Assembly (NCBI GenBank): GCA_964511835.1
Contig: CAZEII010000001.1
Span: forward strand, 52,957 to 116,956
DNA length: 64,000 bases
Source of the DNA: an uncultured Acidobacteriota bacterium
Lineage (GTDB): Bacteria; Acidobacteriota; Polarisedimenticolia; Polarisedimenticolales; DASRJG01
Direction: 5' to 3'
Below are positions 18,278 through 27,083 of the stretch, piece after piece. The notes beneath the pieces are model-generated. The model was not told the DNA's origin. It saw only the letters and a program-made list of their open reading frames with translations, and did not search any database. How positions within the stretch are numbered: the first letter of the stretch is position 1; each line of letters starts with the position of its first letter. A program made the translations under genes and the position numbers.

Positions 18278-19519
18278 CTAGTCCCGCAGCCTGAAGGTCG
18301 CGATGAGGTTCTTCATCTGATCCGAGGTACGGGCCAGCTCGTGGGCCGACGTGGCGAGAGCGGCCATCGAGGCGGTCTGCCCGCTCGTCGCGGCCGAGGT
18401 CTCTTCCGTGCCGCGCGCGTTCTCGCGCGCGATGCGCACGATCCGCTCCAGCGCCTCGTCGACTTGGCGCGCGAGCCGGCGCTGCTCGTCGACGCCCCGG
18501 GAGATCGCACGCGCTCTCTCGGTCGTCCCCCGGGTGGCATCGAGCACGCCGTCGAACGATGCGGCGGCTCGATCGACCATCTCGCGCGCCGAGCCGGCGG
18601 CTTCGACGCTCTCCCGAATGCTGCGCGCCACCACGTGCGAGCCCCCCCGGATCTCGTCGCTCACGGAACCGATCTGGTCGGCAAATCCCCTGACGTGATC
18701 GGCCAGCCGCCGCACCTCCTCGGCGACGACCGCGAAGCCGCGCGCCTCCTCCCCGGCCCGCGAGGCCTCGATCGTGGCGTTGATCGCCAGCAGGTGAGTC
18801 TGCTCCGCGAGCGAGACGATGAACGTGACGATCTTGCCGATCTCGTCGGCGCGGATCTGGAATCCCTCGACGGCGTTGGCGCTGGAGTCGACGGCGGTCT
18901 TGAGCCCGATGATTCCCTCGGCGGCGCGGCGCGCGGCGGCGGCCCCCGTGTTCGCCCGGACCGAGGCTTCCTCCGCGGCTTCCTGCACGGACGCGGCCGC
19001 CTCGGCAACCCGATCCGCCGAGCCCGTGAGGTCGCGCGTCAGGGCCGAGGTCCGTGAGACGTCGTCAGCCTGGGCGTCGGCCCCGCGCGCGATCACGCGG
19101 GCGGCTTCGGCGATCCCGGCGGTCGCCGTATTGACCTCCTCGGAGGTCTTCGAGAGCGAGAGGGCCGAGCCGTAGAGCTGCTCGGCGCCGCTCCGAACCT
19201 CTTTGAGGACCGAGAGAAGGTTGACGAGCATCGCGTCGAACGATCGCGCCAGCTCCGCGGTCTCGTCCGAGCCTTCGACATCGATCGACTTGGTCAGATC
19301 GCCGCGGCTGATCAGCGAAGCCGCCGCGGCGAGGTGCCTGATGCGACGGACGACGAGCCAGGAGACCAGCCACGCGCCTCCCAAGCCGATCACCATGTCG
19401 AGGCTGACGACGAGCGCCGTCGTCCAGAACGGATCCGGCTGAAAGCGAGGAACCAGGACGGCTACCGCGGTGCAGAGGAACGTCACGAGGAGGAACGATG
19501 CGGCGAGCTTTTTTTGCAC
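18278..19519 (-). CDS. Methyl-accepting chemotaxis protein (2 TM + HAMP + signalling domain, essentially no periplasmic sensor)
   Basis: The conserved hairpin tip is [37 protein letters not shown]. Two TM helices are separated by ~8 aa. Start set at GTG 19519 ([14 protein letters not shown]..); the track start 19678 would add 53 soluble aa, so the start is uncertain. Confidence 0.85.
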   Translation of the reverse strand: MQKKLAASFLLVTFLCTAVAVLVPRFQPDPFWTTALVVSLDMVIGLGGAWLVSWLVVRRIRHLAAAASLISRGDLTKSIDVEGSDETAELARSFDAMLVNLLSVLKEVRSGAEQLYGSALSLSKTSEEVNTATAGIAEAARVIARGADAQADDVSRTSALTRDLTGSADRVAEAAASVQEAAEEASVRANTGAAAARRAAEGIIGLKTAVDSSANAVEGFQIRADEIGKIVTFIVSLAEQTHLLAINATIEASRAGEEARGFAVVAEEVRRLADHVRGFADQIGSVSDEIRGGSHVVARSIRESVEAAGSAREMVDRAAASFDGVLDATRGTTERARAISRGVDEQRRLARQVDEALERIVRIARENARGTEETSAATSGQTASMAALATSAHELARTSDQMKNLIATFRLRD

Positions 19520-19628
19520 GACACAACCCCAAGGAGTCGGAGCGCCAACCCTCCTGGCGCCCGTTGAGCCCCGGCGGAATATGGAGCCCGGTCCGACACC
19601 GGTCCACTTCGCGAGAAGCCGCGCCTTT

Positions 19629-19657
19629 TTGACACCCTGGACGACCGTTTCTACAAT
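19629..19657 (+). promoter_or_regulatory. Sigma70-type promoter of the MoxR/Bat operon: TTGACA-N17-TACAAT
   Basis: Perfect -35 TTGACA (19629-19634), a 17-nt spacer, and -10 TACAAT (19652-19657). It lies ~65 nt upstream of ATG 19723, which is preceded by the RBS GAAGGAGG. The element is in a 200-bp divergent intergenic region. Confidence 0.55.
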
Positions 19658-19722
19658 CGGGGTTCGTCCACACCTCAATGCCGGTCACGTGCTGGGACTG
19701 GAGCCATTCTGAAGGAGGTTCG

Positions 19723-20709
19723 ATGAGCGAATCGGTCCAAGAAGTCCAAGATCGGGTGCAGCGCGAGGGGGCTGCCGTCGAGCAGCTCTTCGGCGAGGTC
19801 CGGCGAGTGATCGTCGGGCAGAAGTACCTCCTCGAGCGCATGGTCATCGGGCTGCTGTCGCGCGGCCACCTGCTCCTCGAAGGGGTGCCGGGGCTCGCCA
19901 AGACCCTCGCCGTGCGATCGCTCGCCGGTGCGGTCAACGGCAGCTTCCGCCGGATCCAGTTCACGCCCGACCTTCTGCCCGCCGATCTCACGGGAACGCT
20001 GATCTACAACCAGAAGGACGGATCGTTCTTCCCGAGGAAGGGGCCGCTCTTCGCGAATTTCGTCCTGGCGGACGAGATCAACCGAGCTCCGGCCAAGGTG
20101 CAGAGCGCGCTCCTCGAAGCGATGCAGGAACGGCAGGTGACGATCGGAGATTCGACCTATCCGCTCCCCGCCCCGTTCCTCGTCCTGGCGACCCAGAACC
20201 CCATCGAGCAGGAGGGCACCTATCCGCTCCCCGAGGCCCAAGTCGACCGGTTCCTGCTGAAGCTCCGCGTCGACTACCCGTCCCCGGAGGAAGAGCGGTT
20301 GATTCTCGATCGCATGACCGGTTCCGACATTCCCGAGGTCAAGCCGGTCGTCGACCTCTCCGATCTCGAGAGGGCCCGCACCGCGATGCACGCCATCTAC
20401 GTGGACGACCGGATCAAGGACTACGCCGTCCGGCTCGTGCAGGCGACGCGGCGGCCGAAGGATTTCAAGCTCGACCTCGAAGGGCTGGTTCAATACGGCG
20501 GCTCGCCGCGCGCGACGCTGTCCCTGATCACCGCGGGGCGAGCGCACGCGTTTCTCCGCGGCCGCGGGTTCGTCTCGCCGGAGGACATCAAGGCGATCGG
20601 CCACGACGTGCTGCGGCACCGTCTGATCCTCTCGTTCGAGGCCGAAGCGGAATCCGTCACCCCCGACGAGGTGGTGCAGCGCGTGTTCGACGCGGTCGAG
20701 GTGCCGTGA
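19723..20709 (+). CDS. moxR: MoxR-family AAA+ ATPase
   Basis: Track ORF 19678..20709. Start at ATG 19723 behind a strong RBS. Walker A is EGVPGLAKT and Walker B is VLADEINRA. The motif QNPIEQEGTYPLPEAQVDRF is typical of MoxR. Confidence 0.9.
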   Translation: MSESVQEVQDRVQREGAAVEQLFGEVRRVIVGQKYLLERMVIGLLSRGHLLLEGVPGLAKTLAVRSLAGAVNGSFRRIQFTPDLLPADLTGTLIYNQKDGSFFPRKGPLFANFVLADEINRAPAKVQSALLEAMQERQVTIGDSTYPLPAPFLVLATQNPIEQEGTYPLPEAQVDRFLLKLRVDYPSPEEERLILDRMTGSDIPEVKPVVDLSDLERARTAMHAIYVDDRIKDYAVRLVQATRRPKDFKLDLEGLVQYGGSPRATLSLITAGRAHAFLRGRGFVSPEDIKAIGHDVLRHRLILSFEAEAESVTPDEVVQRVFDAVEVP

Positions 20710-21596
20710 ACCCACGAGAGGTGCTCCGCAAGGTGCGCCGCCTCGAGATCCGGACACGGCGCCTGGTCGACGAGAGCCTGGCGGGCTCCTATCACTCGGT
20801 GTTCAAAGGGCGCGGCGTGGAGTTCGCTGAGGTGCGGGAGTACGAGCCGGGCGACGACGTGCGAACGATCGACTGGAACGTGTCGGCCAAGATGGGGCAC
20901 CCCTTCGTCAAGAAGTTCACGGAGGAGCGCGAGCTGACCGTGGTGCTGGTCGTCGACGCTTCGGCCTCGGGCCGGTTCGGGAGCGCCGCGGCGACGAAGC
21001 TCGAGACCGCCGCCGAGATCGGGGCCCTCCTGGCGTTCTCGGCCATCCGGAACAACGACCGGGTGGGCCTGCTCCTCTTCACCGACCGCGTCGAGCGGTT
21101 CGTCCCGCCGCGCAAGGGAAGGCAGCACGGCCTGAGGGTGCTGCGCGAGCTTCTCGCCTTTCAGACCGAGGGGTCCGGCACCGATCTCGCCGGGGCGCTC
21201 GAGGTGCTCCGCCGCGTCGTCACCAAGCGCGCGGTCGTCTTCCTGATCTCCGATTTCCAGGCGGCGGGGTACGAGAAGACGCTGCGCGTGGTCAACCTGA
21301 AGCACGACCTGGTCGCGATGGCGATCTCCGATCCTCGCGAGAGCCAGCTGCCGAAGGCCGGATTCGTCGCGCTCCGCGACGCGGAGACCGGCCGGCCGGT
21401 CGTCATCGACACCGGCAACAACGTGGTGCGGCGCCTTTACGCCGAGCGCTGGGAGCGCGAGCGCGTGCGCACGCGCAACACCCTCAAGCGGACCGGCACC
21501 GAGATCCTCGAGCTGTCGACGGGCGCCGACTACGACCGCGAGCTGGTCAACTTCTTCCGCGAGCGGGCGCGGCGGGTCGCCCGCGCGGGGGCCTGA
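20706..21596 (+). CDS. DUF58 domain protein (MoxR-associated)
   Basis: GTG 20706 overlaps the moxR stop. The motif SVFKGRGVEFAEVREYEPGDDVRTIDWNVSAK is the DUF58 signature. Confidence 0.9.
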   Translation: MNPREVLRKVRRLEIRTRRLVDESLAGSYHSVFKGRGVEFAEVREYEPGDDVRTIDWNVSAKMGHPFVKKFTEERELTVVLVVDASASGRFGSAAATKLETAAEIGALLAFSAIRNNDRVGLLLFTDRVERFVPPRKGRQHGLRVLRELLAFQTEGSGTDLAGALEVLRRVVTKRAVVFLISDFQAAGYEKTLRVVNLKHDLVAMAISDPRESQLPKAGFVALRDAETGRPVVIDTGNNVVRRLYAERWERERVRTRNTLKRTGTEILELSTGADYDRELVNFFRERARRVARAGA

Positions 21597-21597
21597 C

Positions 21598-22554
21598 GTG
21601 AAGCGCTGGATCACCGCACTCGCCGTCGTCTGCGCGGTGCGCGGCGCACCGGCCGCGACGGCCACCCTGTCGCTCGAGCCGACCAAGGCTCACATCGGCG
21701 ACGCGATCAAGGCCAAGCTGACCGTCGACGCGGGCGCGGGGGAGAGCGTCGACACGTCCGCTCTCCCCGTGGAGTGGGGGCCGGCGCAGGTCCTCTCGGG
21801 GGCGTGGGAGACGCCCGCCCCGGGATCGACGATGCGCGTCTGGAGCGGAACGATCGCCGTCTACCAACTCGGGGCGGTCACCGTGCCTGAGGTCGTCGTG
21901 CCGGTCGTGAAGGACGGGCGGGCCGCGACGGTGGCGAGCGAGCCCGTCGCGCTCCTCATCGAAGCGACGCTCCCGGCCGCGAAGACGGGGGAGAAGCCTC
22001 CCGATCTCGCCGACCTCAAGCCGCCCGCGTCGATCCCACCGGATTTCCGGGCCCTCAAGTGGTCGATGGTTGCCCTCGCCGGCTTGCTCGGCGGGGCGGG
22101 GATCGCGTGGTGGCTCTGGAGGCGGTACGCGGCGAGGCTCGCGGCGATCGCCGCGCCCGTCGATCCGTTCCGGAAACTGCCCCCGCACGTCTGGGTCTAC
22201 GAAGAGCTGGAAAAGCTCCTCGCGCGGCGGCTCGCGGAGGAGGGAAAGATCGGCCTGTTCTACGACGAGCTGACGCACATCGTGAAGCAGTATCTCGAAG
22301 GGCGGTATCGCGTCGAGCTGCTCGAGCGCACGACCTCCGAGGTTCCGGGCGCCCTGCAGCGCGCGGGGGCTCCCGCGGATGCCGGAGTCCTGGCCCGCGC
22401 GCTCCTCGAATCCGGAGATCGCGTCAAATTCGCCCGCCTCGACGCCGGGCCGGCCGAGTGTCGTGCGGCGGTCGAGGAAGCCTACAGGCTCGTCGACATG
22501 ACGAAGCCCGTCGACACCCCTGCTGAGGCCCCGGTCGCGGAGCCCGCGCGATGA
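21598..22554 (+). CDS. Secreted beta-rich domain + TM + DUF4381-like protein of the Bat operon
   Basis: It has a signal peptide (MKRWITALAVVCAVRGAPAA), a ~130-aa domain resembling the BatD N-terminal region, a TM helix (WSMVALAGLLGGAGIAWWLW) followed by RRY, and a helical tail. Its position between DUF58 and batA is that of DUF4381 genes. Confidence 0.6.
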   Translation: MKRWITALAVVCAVRGAPAATATLSLEPTKAHIGDAIKAKLTVDAGAGESVDTSALPVEWGPAQVLSGAWETPAPGSTMRVWSGTIAVYQLGAVTVPEVVVPVVKDGRAATVASEPVALLIEATLPAAKTGEKPPDLADLKPPASIPPDFRALKWSMVALAGLLGGAGIAWWLWRRYAARLAAIAAPVDPFRKLPPHVWVYEELEKLLARRLAEEGKIGLFYDELTHIVKQYLEGRYRVELLERTTSEVPGALQRAGAPADAGVLARALLESGDRVKFARLDAGPAECRAAVEEAYRLVDMTKPVDTPAEAPVAEPAR

Positions 22555-23546
22555 GCCGACTGGCGACGCCGTGGGCCTTGACTCTTCTTCCCTTGGCGGC
22601 CATCGCCGCCTGGCTCCTGATCCGAAGACTCCGAGCCGGCGGCCCTCGCATCGCGTTTCCCGATGCCGCGGGTGTGGGAGCGCTTCCGCAGAGCCCTTGG
22701 GTCCGCCTCGAGGGACTGCTCCCGTGGCTGCGTGCCGCGGCGATCGTGCTCGTCGTCGTGGCGCTGGCCCGTCCTCAGTCCGGCTCCGCCCTGACGACCG
22801 TCTCGACCGAGGGCGTCGACATCGTCATCGCTCTCGACATCTCGGGCTCGATGCGCTGCGAGGACACGCGCCCGAGGAACCGCCTCTCGGTGGCGAAGGA
22901 CTGCATCTCCCGGTTCGTCGCAGGCCGTCCGGAGGACCGGATCGGCGTGGTCGCCTTCGGCAGCGTCGCGACGACCCGCTGCCCGCTGACGCTCGACCAC
23001 GACATGCTGCAGCGGTTCGTCGACGAGATCGACTTCGCACCGCCGGGGGAGGACCGCACGGCGCTCGGCATGGGGCTGGCGACCGCGGTCAATCGCATGC
23101 GGGCGTCGAAGGCGAAGAGCAAGGTCGTGGTGCTGGTCACCGACGGGCGGAACAACTCCGGGCAGCTCGGCCCGGAATCGGCCGGCGAGGCGGCCCGCGC
23201 CCTGGGCTACAAGGTGTACACGATCGGCGTCGGGTCGCAGGGTCCCGTTCAGTGCGCCGTCGACGACCCGCGGGTCGGGCGACAGTACGTTCAGGTCGAG
23301 GCCGATCTCGACGAAGAGCTCCTGGGGAAGATCGCCTCGACGACGGGGGGCCGCTACTTCCGGGCGGCCGATGCCTCGGGCTTCGCGAAGGCGTTCCAGG
23401 AGATCGACGCGCTCGAGAAGACCGAGATGCAGAGCCGGGTTCGTATTCTCTACTCGGAAAAGTTCATGCAGGCCCTCGTGCCCGCCGGTCTCCTTCTGGG
23501 ACTCGAGCTTCTCCTGGCCGGGACGCGTCTGCGGAGGATTCCCTGA
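22551..23546 (+). CDS. batA: VWA domain protein BatA
   Basis: It has N-terminal TM helices, a MIDAS motif (VIALDISGSM) and a C-terminal TM. ATGA overlap with the upstream gene. Confidence 0.85.
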   Translation: MSRLATPWALTLLPLAAIAAWLLIRRLRAGGPRIAFPDAAGVGALPQSPWVRLEGLLPWLRAAAIVLVVVALARPQSGSALTTVSTEGVDIVIALDISGSMRCEDTRPRNRLSVAKDCISRFVAGRPEDRIGVVAFGSVATTRCPLTLDHDMLQRFVDEIDFAPPGEDRTALGMGLATAVNRMRASKAKSKVVVLVTDGRNNSGQLGPESAGEAARALGYKVYTIGVGSQGPVQCAVDDPRVGRQYVQVEADLDEELLGKIASTTGGRYFRAADASGFAKAFQEIDALEKTEMQSRVRILYSEKFMQALVPAGLLLGLELLLAGTRLRRIP

Positions 23547-24556
23547 TGCGCTTCGCGGAGCCGGTCGTGCTGTGGGCGCTTCTCGCGGTGCCTCTCCTGG
23601 CCGTGGGAATCTTGGCGGCCGGAGCGTGGCGCCGACGCGCCCTTGCCGAATTCGCCGGAGGGGAGGCGCACGTCTCGCGGCTGCGCACCGAGGTCAGCTC
23701 ACACCGCCGAGCGGCGAAGACCATCGCGCTCCTCGTGGCGGCGACGGCGGGCGTCCTCGCGGCGGCGCGACCCCAGTGGGGGCAGGGGACGGAGTCGATC
23801 ACGAGAAAAGGGATCGAGCTCGCGATCGTCCTCGACACTTCGAAGAGCATGGCGGCCGCCGACGTGGCGCCGTCGCGTTTGGGGCGGGGCGTGCGGGCGG
23901 CATCGAGCCTCTTGGACCGCCTCGAGGGGGACCGGATCGCGCTGGTCACATTCGCCGGCAAGCCCGCGATCGCCTGCCCCCTGACCCTCGATCACGAAGC
24001 GGTGCGGCTGTTCCTTGACGCCGTCGACGTCGATGCGGTCTCGGTTCCCGGGACCGCCTTGGCCGCGGCGATCGAGGAAGGCGTGCGCGCCCTCGGTCCT
24101 GCCGCGGCCGAGGGGACCGAGGCCAAAGGACGGGCGCTGGTCCTGATCAGCGACGGGGAAGACCATGAAGGTGGCGTCGAGGGGGCGATCGCCGCCGCCA
24201 AGCGCGCGGGGGTGATCGTCTACGGGATCGGATGCGGGACCGATCAGGGGGCGCCGATACCGGAAGGGGGGTCCGGCGCGTATAAGAAGGATCGGCAGGG
24301 GCGCCTCGTCACGACGCGCCTCGATGAGCGGCCGATGCGCAATCTCGCGGTCGAGACGGGCGGCAAGTACTACCGCGCGACAGCCGCGGAAGGGGAAGTG
24401 GAAGAGATCGCCAAGGCGCTCGCTTCGCTGGACGCCGCCGGATCGGAGACCGTGCTCAAGACCCGCTGGGTCGAGCGCTTCCAGATCCCGCTGGCGCTCG
24501 CGCTCCTGGCGCTGGTCGTGGAGACCTTGGTGTCGGAGAGGAGGGAGGCCCCGTGA
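23546..24556 (+). CDS. batB: VWA domain protein BatB
   Basis: Track ORF 22571..24556. Start at ATG 23546 shares its A with the batA TGA. It has an N-terminal TM pair, a MIDAS motif (AIVLDTSKSM) and a C-terminal TM. Confidence 0.85.
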   Translation: MRFAEPVVLWALLAVPLLAVGILAAGAWRRRALAEFAGGEAHVSRLRTEVSSHRRAAKTIALLVAATAGVLAAARPQWGQGTESITRKGIELAIVLDTSKSMAAADVAPSRLGRGVRAASSLLDRLEGDRIALVTFAGKPAIACPLTLDHEAVRLFLDAVDVDAVSVPGTALAAAIEEGVRALGPAAAEGTEAKGRALVLISDGEDHEGGVEGAIAAAKRAGVIVYGIGCGTDQGAPIPEGGSGAYKKDRQGRLVTTRLDERPMRNLAVETGGKYYRATAAEGEVEEIAKALASLDAAGSETVLKTRWVERFQIPLALALLALVVETLVSERREAP

Positions 24557-25266
24557 TTCGCCCGATCACTTTCGTCCTTCTCGCGGGGCTGTCGACCCTG
24601 CTGGGCGGCGAGGCCCATCGTCGTACGGAGAAAGGGAACGCCCTCTACAAGAAGGGGCAGAACGACCCGGCGCTCAGGGAATACCAGAAGGCCCAAGCGG
24701 CGGTTCCCGAGGCGCCCGAGCTCCACTACGACATCGGCAACGTCCTCTACCGCCAGGAGAATTACGCGGGCGCCGCGGAGTCGTACGAGCGCGCCCTGGG
24801 AGCCGCGAGCCCCGATCTGGGATCCCGCGCCGCTTACAACCTGGGGAACGCCCTCTTTCACGACGAGAAGTACGACGAGGCAGTCAAGGCCTACACCCGC
24901 GCGCTGAAGACGAGACCGGGCGACGGCGACGCGAAGCACAATCTGGAGATGGCGCTTCGTGCGCTCGAGGAAAAGAAGAACCCGCCGCAGAAGCAGCCTC
25001 CGAAGAACCAAGACCAGCAGAAGAAGGACCAGAAGCCGCAGTCGTCCCCGAGCGACAAGCAGGACGACAAGAAGCCGGCGGACGACAAGTCGGCCCAGAA
25101 CAAGCAGAAAGGCGAAGCGAAGGACCAGAAGCCGCAGGCCGGAGGGATGACGCCGGAAGAGGCCGCGAAGCTTCTCGATCGCTTGAGCGATCAGGAAAAA
25201 CAGAACGTGAAAAAGGCCCAAGCCAGGCTGCCCAAAGACGACCAGACGCCGGAGAAGGACTGGTGA
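24553..25266 (+). CDS. batC: TPR protein BatC with Lys/Gln/Asp-rich disordered tail
   Basis: GTG 24553 (GTGA overlap). It has a signal/TM segment and ~3 TPRs (GNALYKKGQNDPALREYQKA..). The last ~100 aa are low complexity (KKNPPQKQPPKNQDQQKKDQKPQ..). Confidence 0.75.
   Translation: MIRPITFVLLAGLSTLLGGEAHRRTEKGNALYKKGQNDPALREYQKAQAAVPEAPELHYDIGNVLYRQENYAGAAESYERALGAASPDLGSRAAYNLGNALFHDEKYDEAVKAYTRALKTRPGDGDAKHNLEMALRALEEKKNPPQKQPPKNQDQQKKDQKPQSSPSDKQDDKKPADDKSAQNKQKGEAKDQKPQAGGMTPEEAAKLLDRLSDQEKQNVKKAQARLPKDDQTPEKDW
25023..25147 (+). repeat. 19-nt direct repeat GAAGGACCAGAAGCCGCAG (25023-25041 and 25129-25147) inside the batC low-complexity tail
   Basis: Exact copies were read in the sequence. 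Each encodes KDQKPQ. Confidence 0.9.
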
Positions 25267-27083
25267 TCCGCATCGCGCTGGCCCTGGGTGCTCTCGCTGC
25301 GTTCTCCGCGGCGACCGCGGAGGACGTGCGCGTCACGGCTCAGGTCGTCCCGCAAGGCCGGATCTACGACACCACGCAGGTCCGCCTGGTGATCAGCATC
25401 GACGGCTCGTCGATTCCCGACATCAGCTCGCCGAGACTCCCGACGATGAAGAACCTCCGGGTGGCCGGAGGACCGTCTACCTCGCGGAACTCGTCGTACA
25501 GCTTCGAGAACGGGCGGATTGCCAGCTCCAGCTCGCTCGTGCTGACCTACGTCCTGTTGCCGACTGGACCCGGGGAAGCGGAGATCCCCCCTCTCGACGT
25601 CAAGGTGGGCGGAACGATCTACCGCACGGACCCGCTGCACTTCACGGTGCTCGCCGGCCGGAGCGGTCCCGCGCCTCCCTCCCAGGGACAACGGCGGGGA
25701 GCTCCCGACGACAGCGACGACGAGGGCAACGTCGACGACGCCTCGGTCGACGTCTTTCTTCAGACCAAGCTCTCGTCGAACGGTGCGTGGAGCGGCCAGC
25801 CGCTCCGCCTCGACGTCACGCTGTATGCCGCCGCTCCCGTCAACGGCTTCTCGTGGACGGACCTCCCGTCACTCCCCGGGCTCTGGGCCGAGGACATCCA
25901 GGTCGATCCGGGGCGCGAGAGGCACGTCGTCGTCATGAACGGCCGCCAGTACAACGCGTACCCGGTTGCGCGAAAGCTGGTCGTGCCCACAGGCTCGGGG
26001 CCACTGACGATCCCACCGTTCTCGGCGCAAGTGCAGCTCCGCCGTTCGTCGCGCGATCCGTTTGCGTCGTTCTTCTCGCTGGGCGGATTCGTCAACGTCA
26101 TCCGAAAGACGGCCCCCGTCAAGCTCGACGTCAAGCCGCTCCCCGAAGTCGGCCGCCCCGCCAATTTCTCCGGCGCCGTCGGCTCGTTCCGGATGAAGTC
26201 GGTCGTGGACCGCGGCGCGGTGGACCTGGGTGATGCGGTGGCATTGCGCGTCACGGTGGAGGGGGAAGGATCTCTCCAATCCGCGGAAGCTCCCAAGCTG
26301 AACGCTCCACCGGAGGTCAAGGTCTACGATCCGAAGGTTCAGGAGAACACGACCACCGGCGCCGAGCACCTGGGAGCGAAGAAAGTCTGGGAGTGGGTCG
26401 TGGTGCCGCTGTCGCCCGGCACGCTCAAGGTCCCAGCGCCGTCTTTCGCCTACTTCGATCCCTCGACGGGAAGCTACCGTCAGTTGACCGGAGAGCTTCC
26501 GGGCTTGACGGTCCGGCGTGGCAGCTCCGGGGTCGAGCCGGTCATCTCCCGTGGCGAGGTCCAAGCCAACACGAAGGACATCGCTTTCCTCAAGATGCGC
26601 CGCGGGCCGCTCGCGGAGGCGAAGCCTCCTCTCCAAAGGCGCGCCTGGTTCGGGGCCCTCCTGGCGCTTCCTCTGGTCTTGGTGCCCGTGGGGATCGTGC
26701 TCGGCCGCAGGCGCGAGAGGCTGCTGTCCGATCGCGGCTTCGCGCGCGCCCGGCGGGCGGCGCGGCGGGCCGCCAAGCGCCTGGGCCGGGCCTCGAGCCT
26801 CGCGGCCGGCTCGCCCGCCACCTTCCACGAAGAGGTGGCGGGAGCGCTGGTCGATTACGTCGCCGACCGCGCCAACCGCTCGCCCTCGGGGCTGACCTAC
26901 GATCAGCTCGACGACATCCTCACGGCGAAGAGAATCCCCGAGGTGACGCGCCGCCGGTTCAGGGCCTGCCTCGAGACGTGCGATTTCGCTCGGTTCGTTC
27001 CCGACTCCGGTCAGCCCCAGGCCGTCGCGGACCTCGTGGCCGAGGCGCGCTCGATCCTCCGCTCCCTCGAGGACGTGGCATGA
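25263..27083 (+). CDS. batD: BatD-like protein (oxygen tolerance family)
   Basis: Track ORF 24324..27083. Start at GTG 25263 overlaps the batC stop. It has a signal peptide (IRIALALGALAAFSAATA), a long beta-rich ectodomain, a C-terminal TM (WFGALLALPLVLVPVGIVLG) and an Arg-rich tail. Confidence 0.75.
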   Translation: MIRIALALGALAAFSAATAEDVRVTAQVVPQGRIYDTTQVRLVISIDGSSIPDISSPRLPTMKNLRVAGGPSTSRNSSYSFENGRIASSSSLVLTYVLLPTGPGEAEIPPLDVKVGGTIYRTDPLHFTVLAGRSGPAPPSQGQRRGAPDDSDDEGNVDDASVDVFLQTKLSSNGAWSGQPLRLDVTLYAAAPVNGFSWTDLPSLPGLWAEDIQVDPGRERHVVVMNGRQYNAYPVARKLVVPTGSGPLTIPPFSAQVQLRRSSRDPFASFFSLGGFVNVIRKTAPVKLDVKPLPEVGRPANFSGAVGSFRMKSVVDRGAVDLGDAVALRVTVEGEGSLQSAEAPKLNAPPEVKVYDPKVQENTTTGAEHLGAKKVWEWVVVPLSPGTLKVPAPSFAYFDPSTGSYRQLTGELPGLTVRRGSSGVEPVISRGEVQANTKDIAFLKMRRGPLAEAKPPLQRRAWFGALLALPLVLVPVGIVLGRRRERLLSDRGFARARRAARRAAKRLGRASSLAAGSPATFHEEVAGALVDYVADRANRSPSGLTYDQLDDILTAKRIPEVTRRRFRACLETCDFARFVPDSGQPQAVADLVAEARSILRSLEDVA

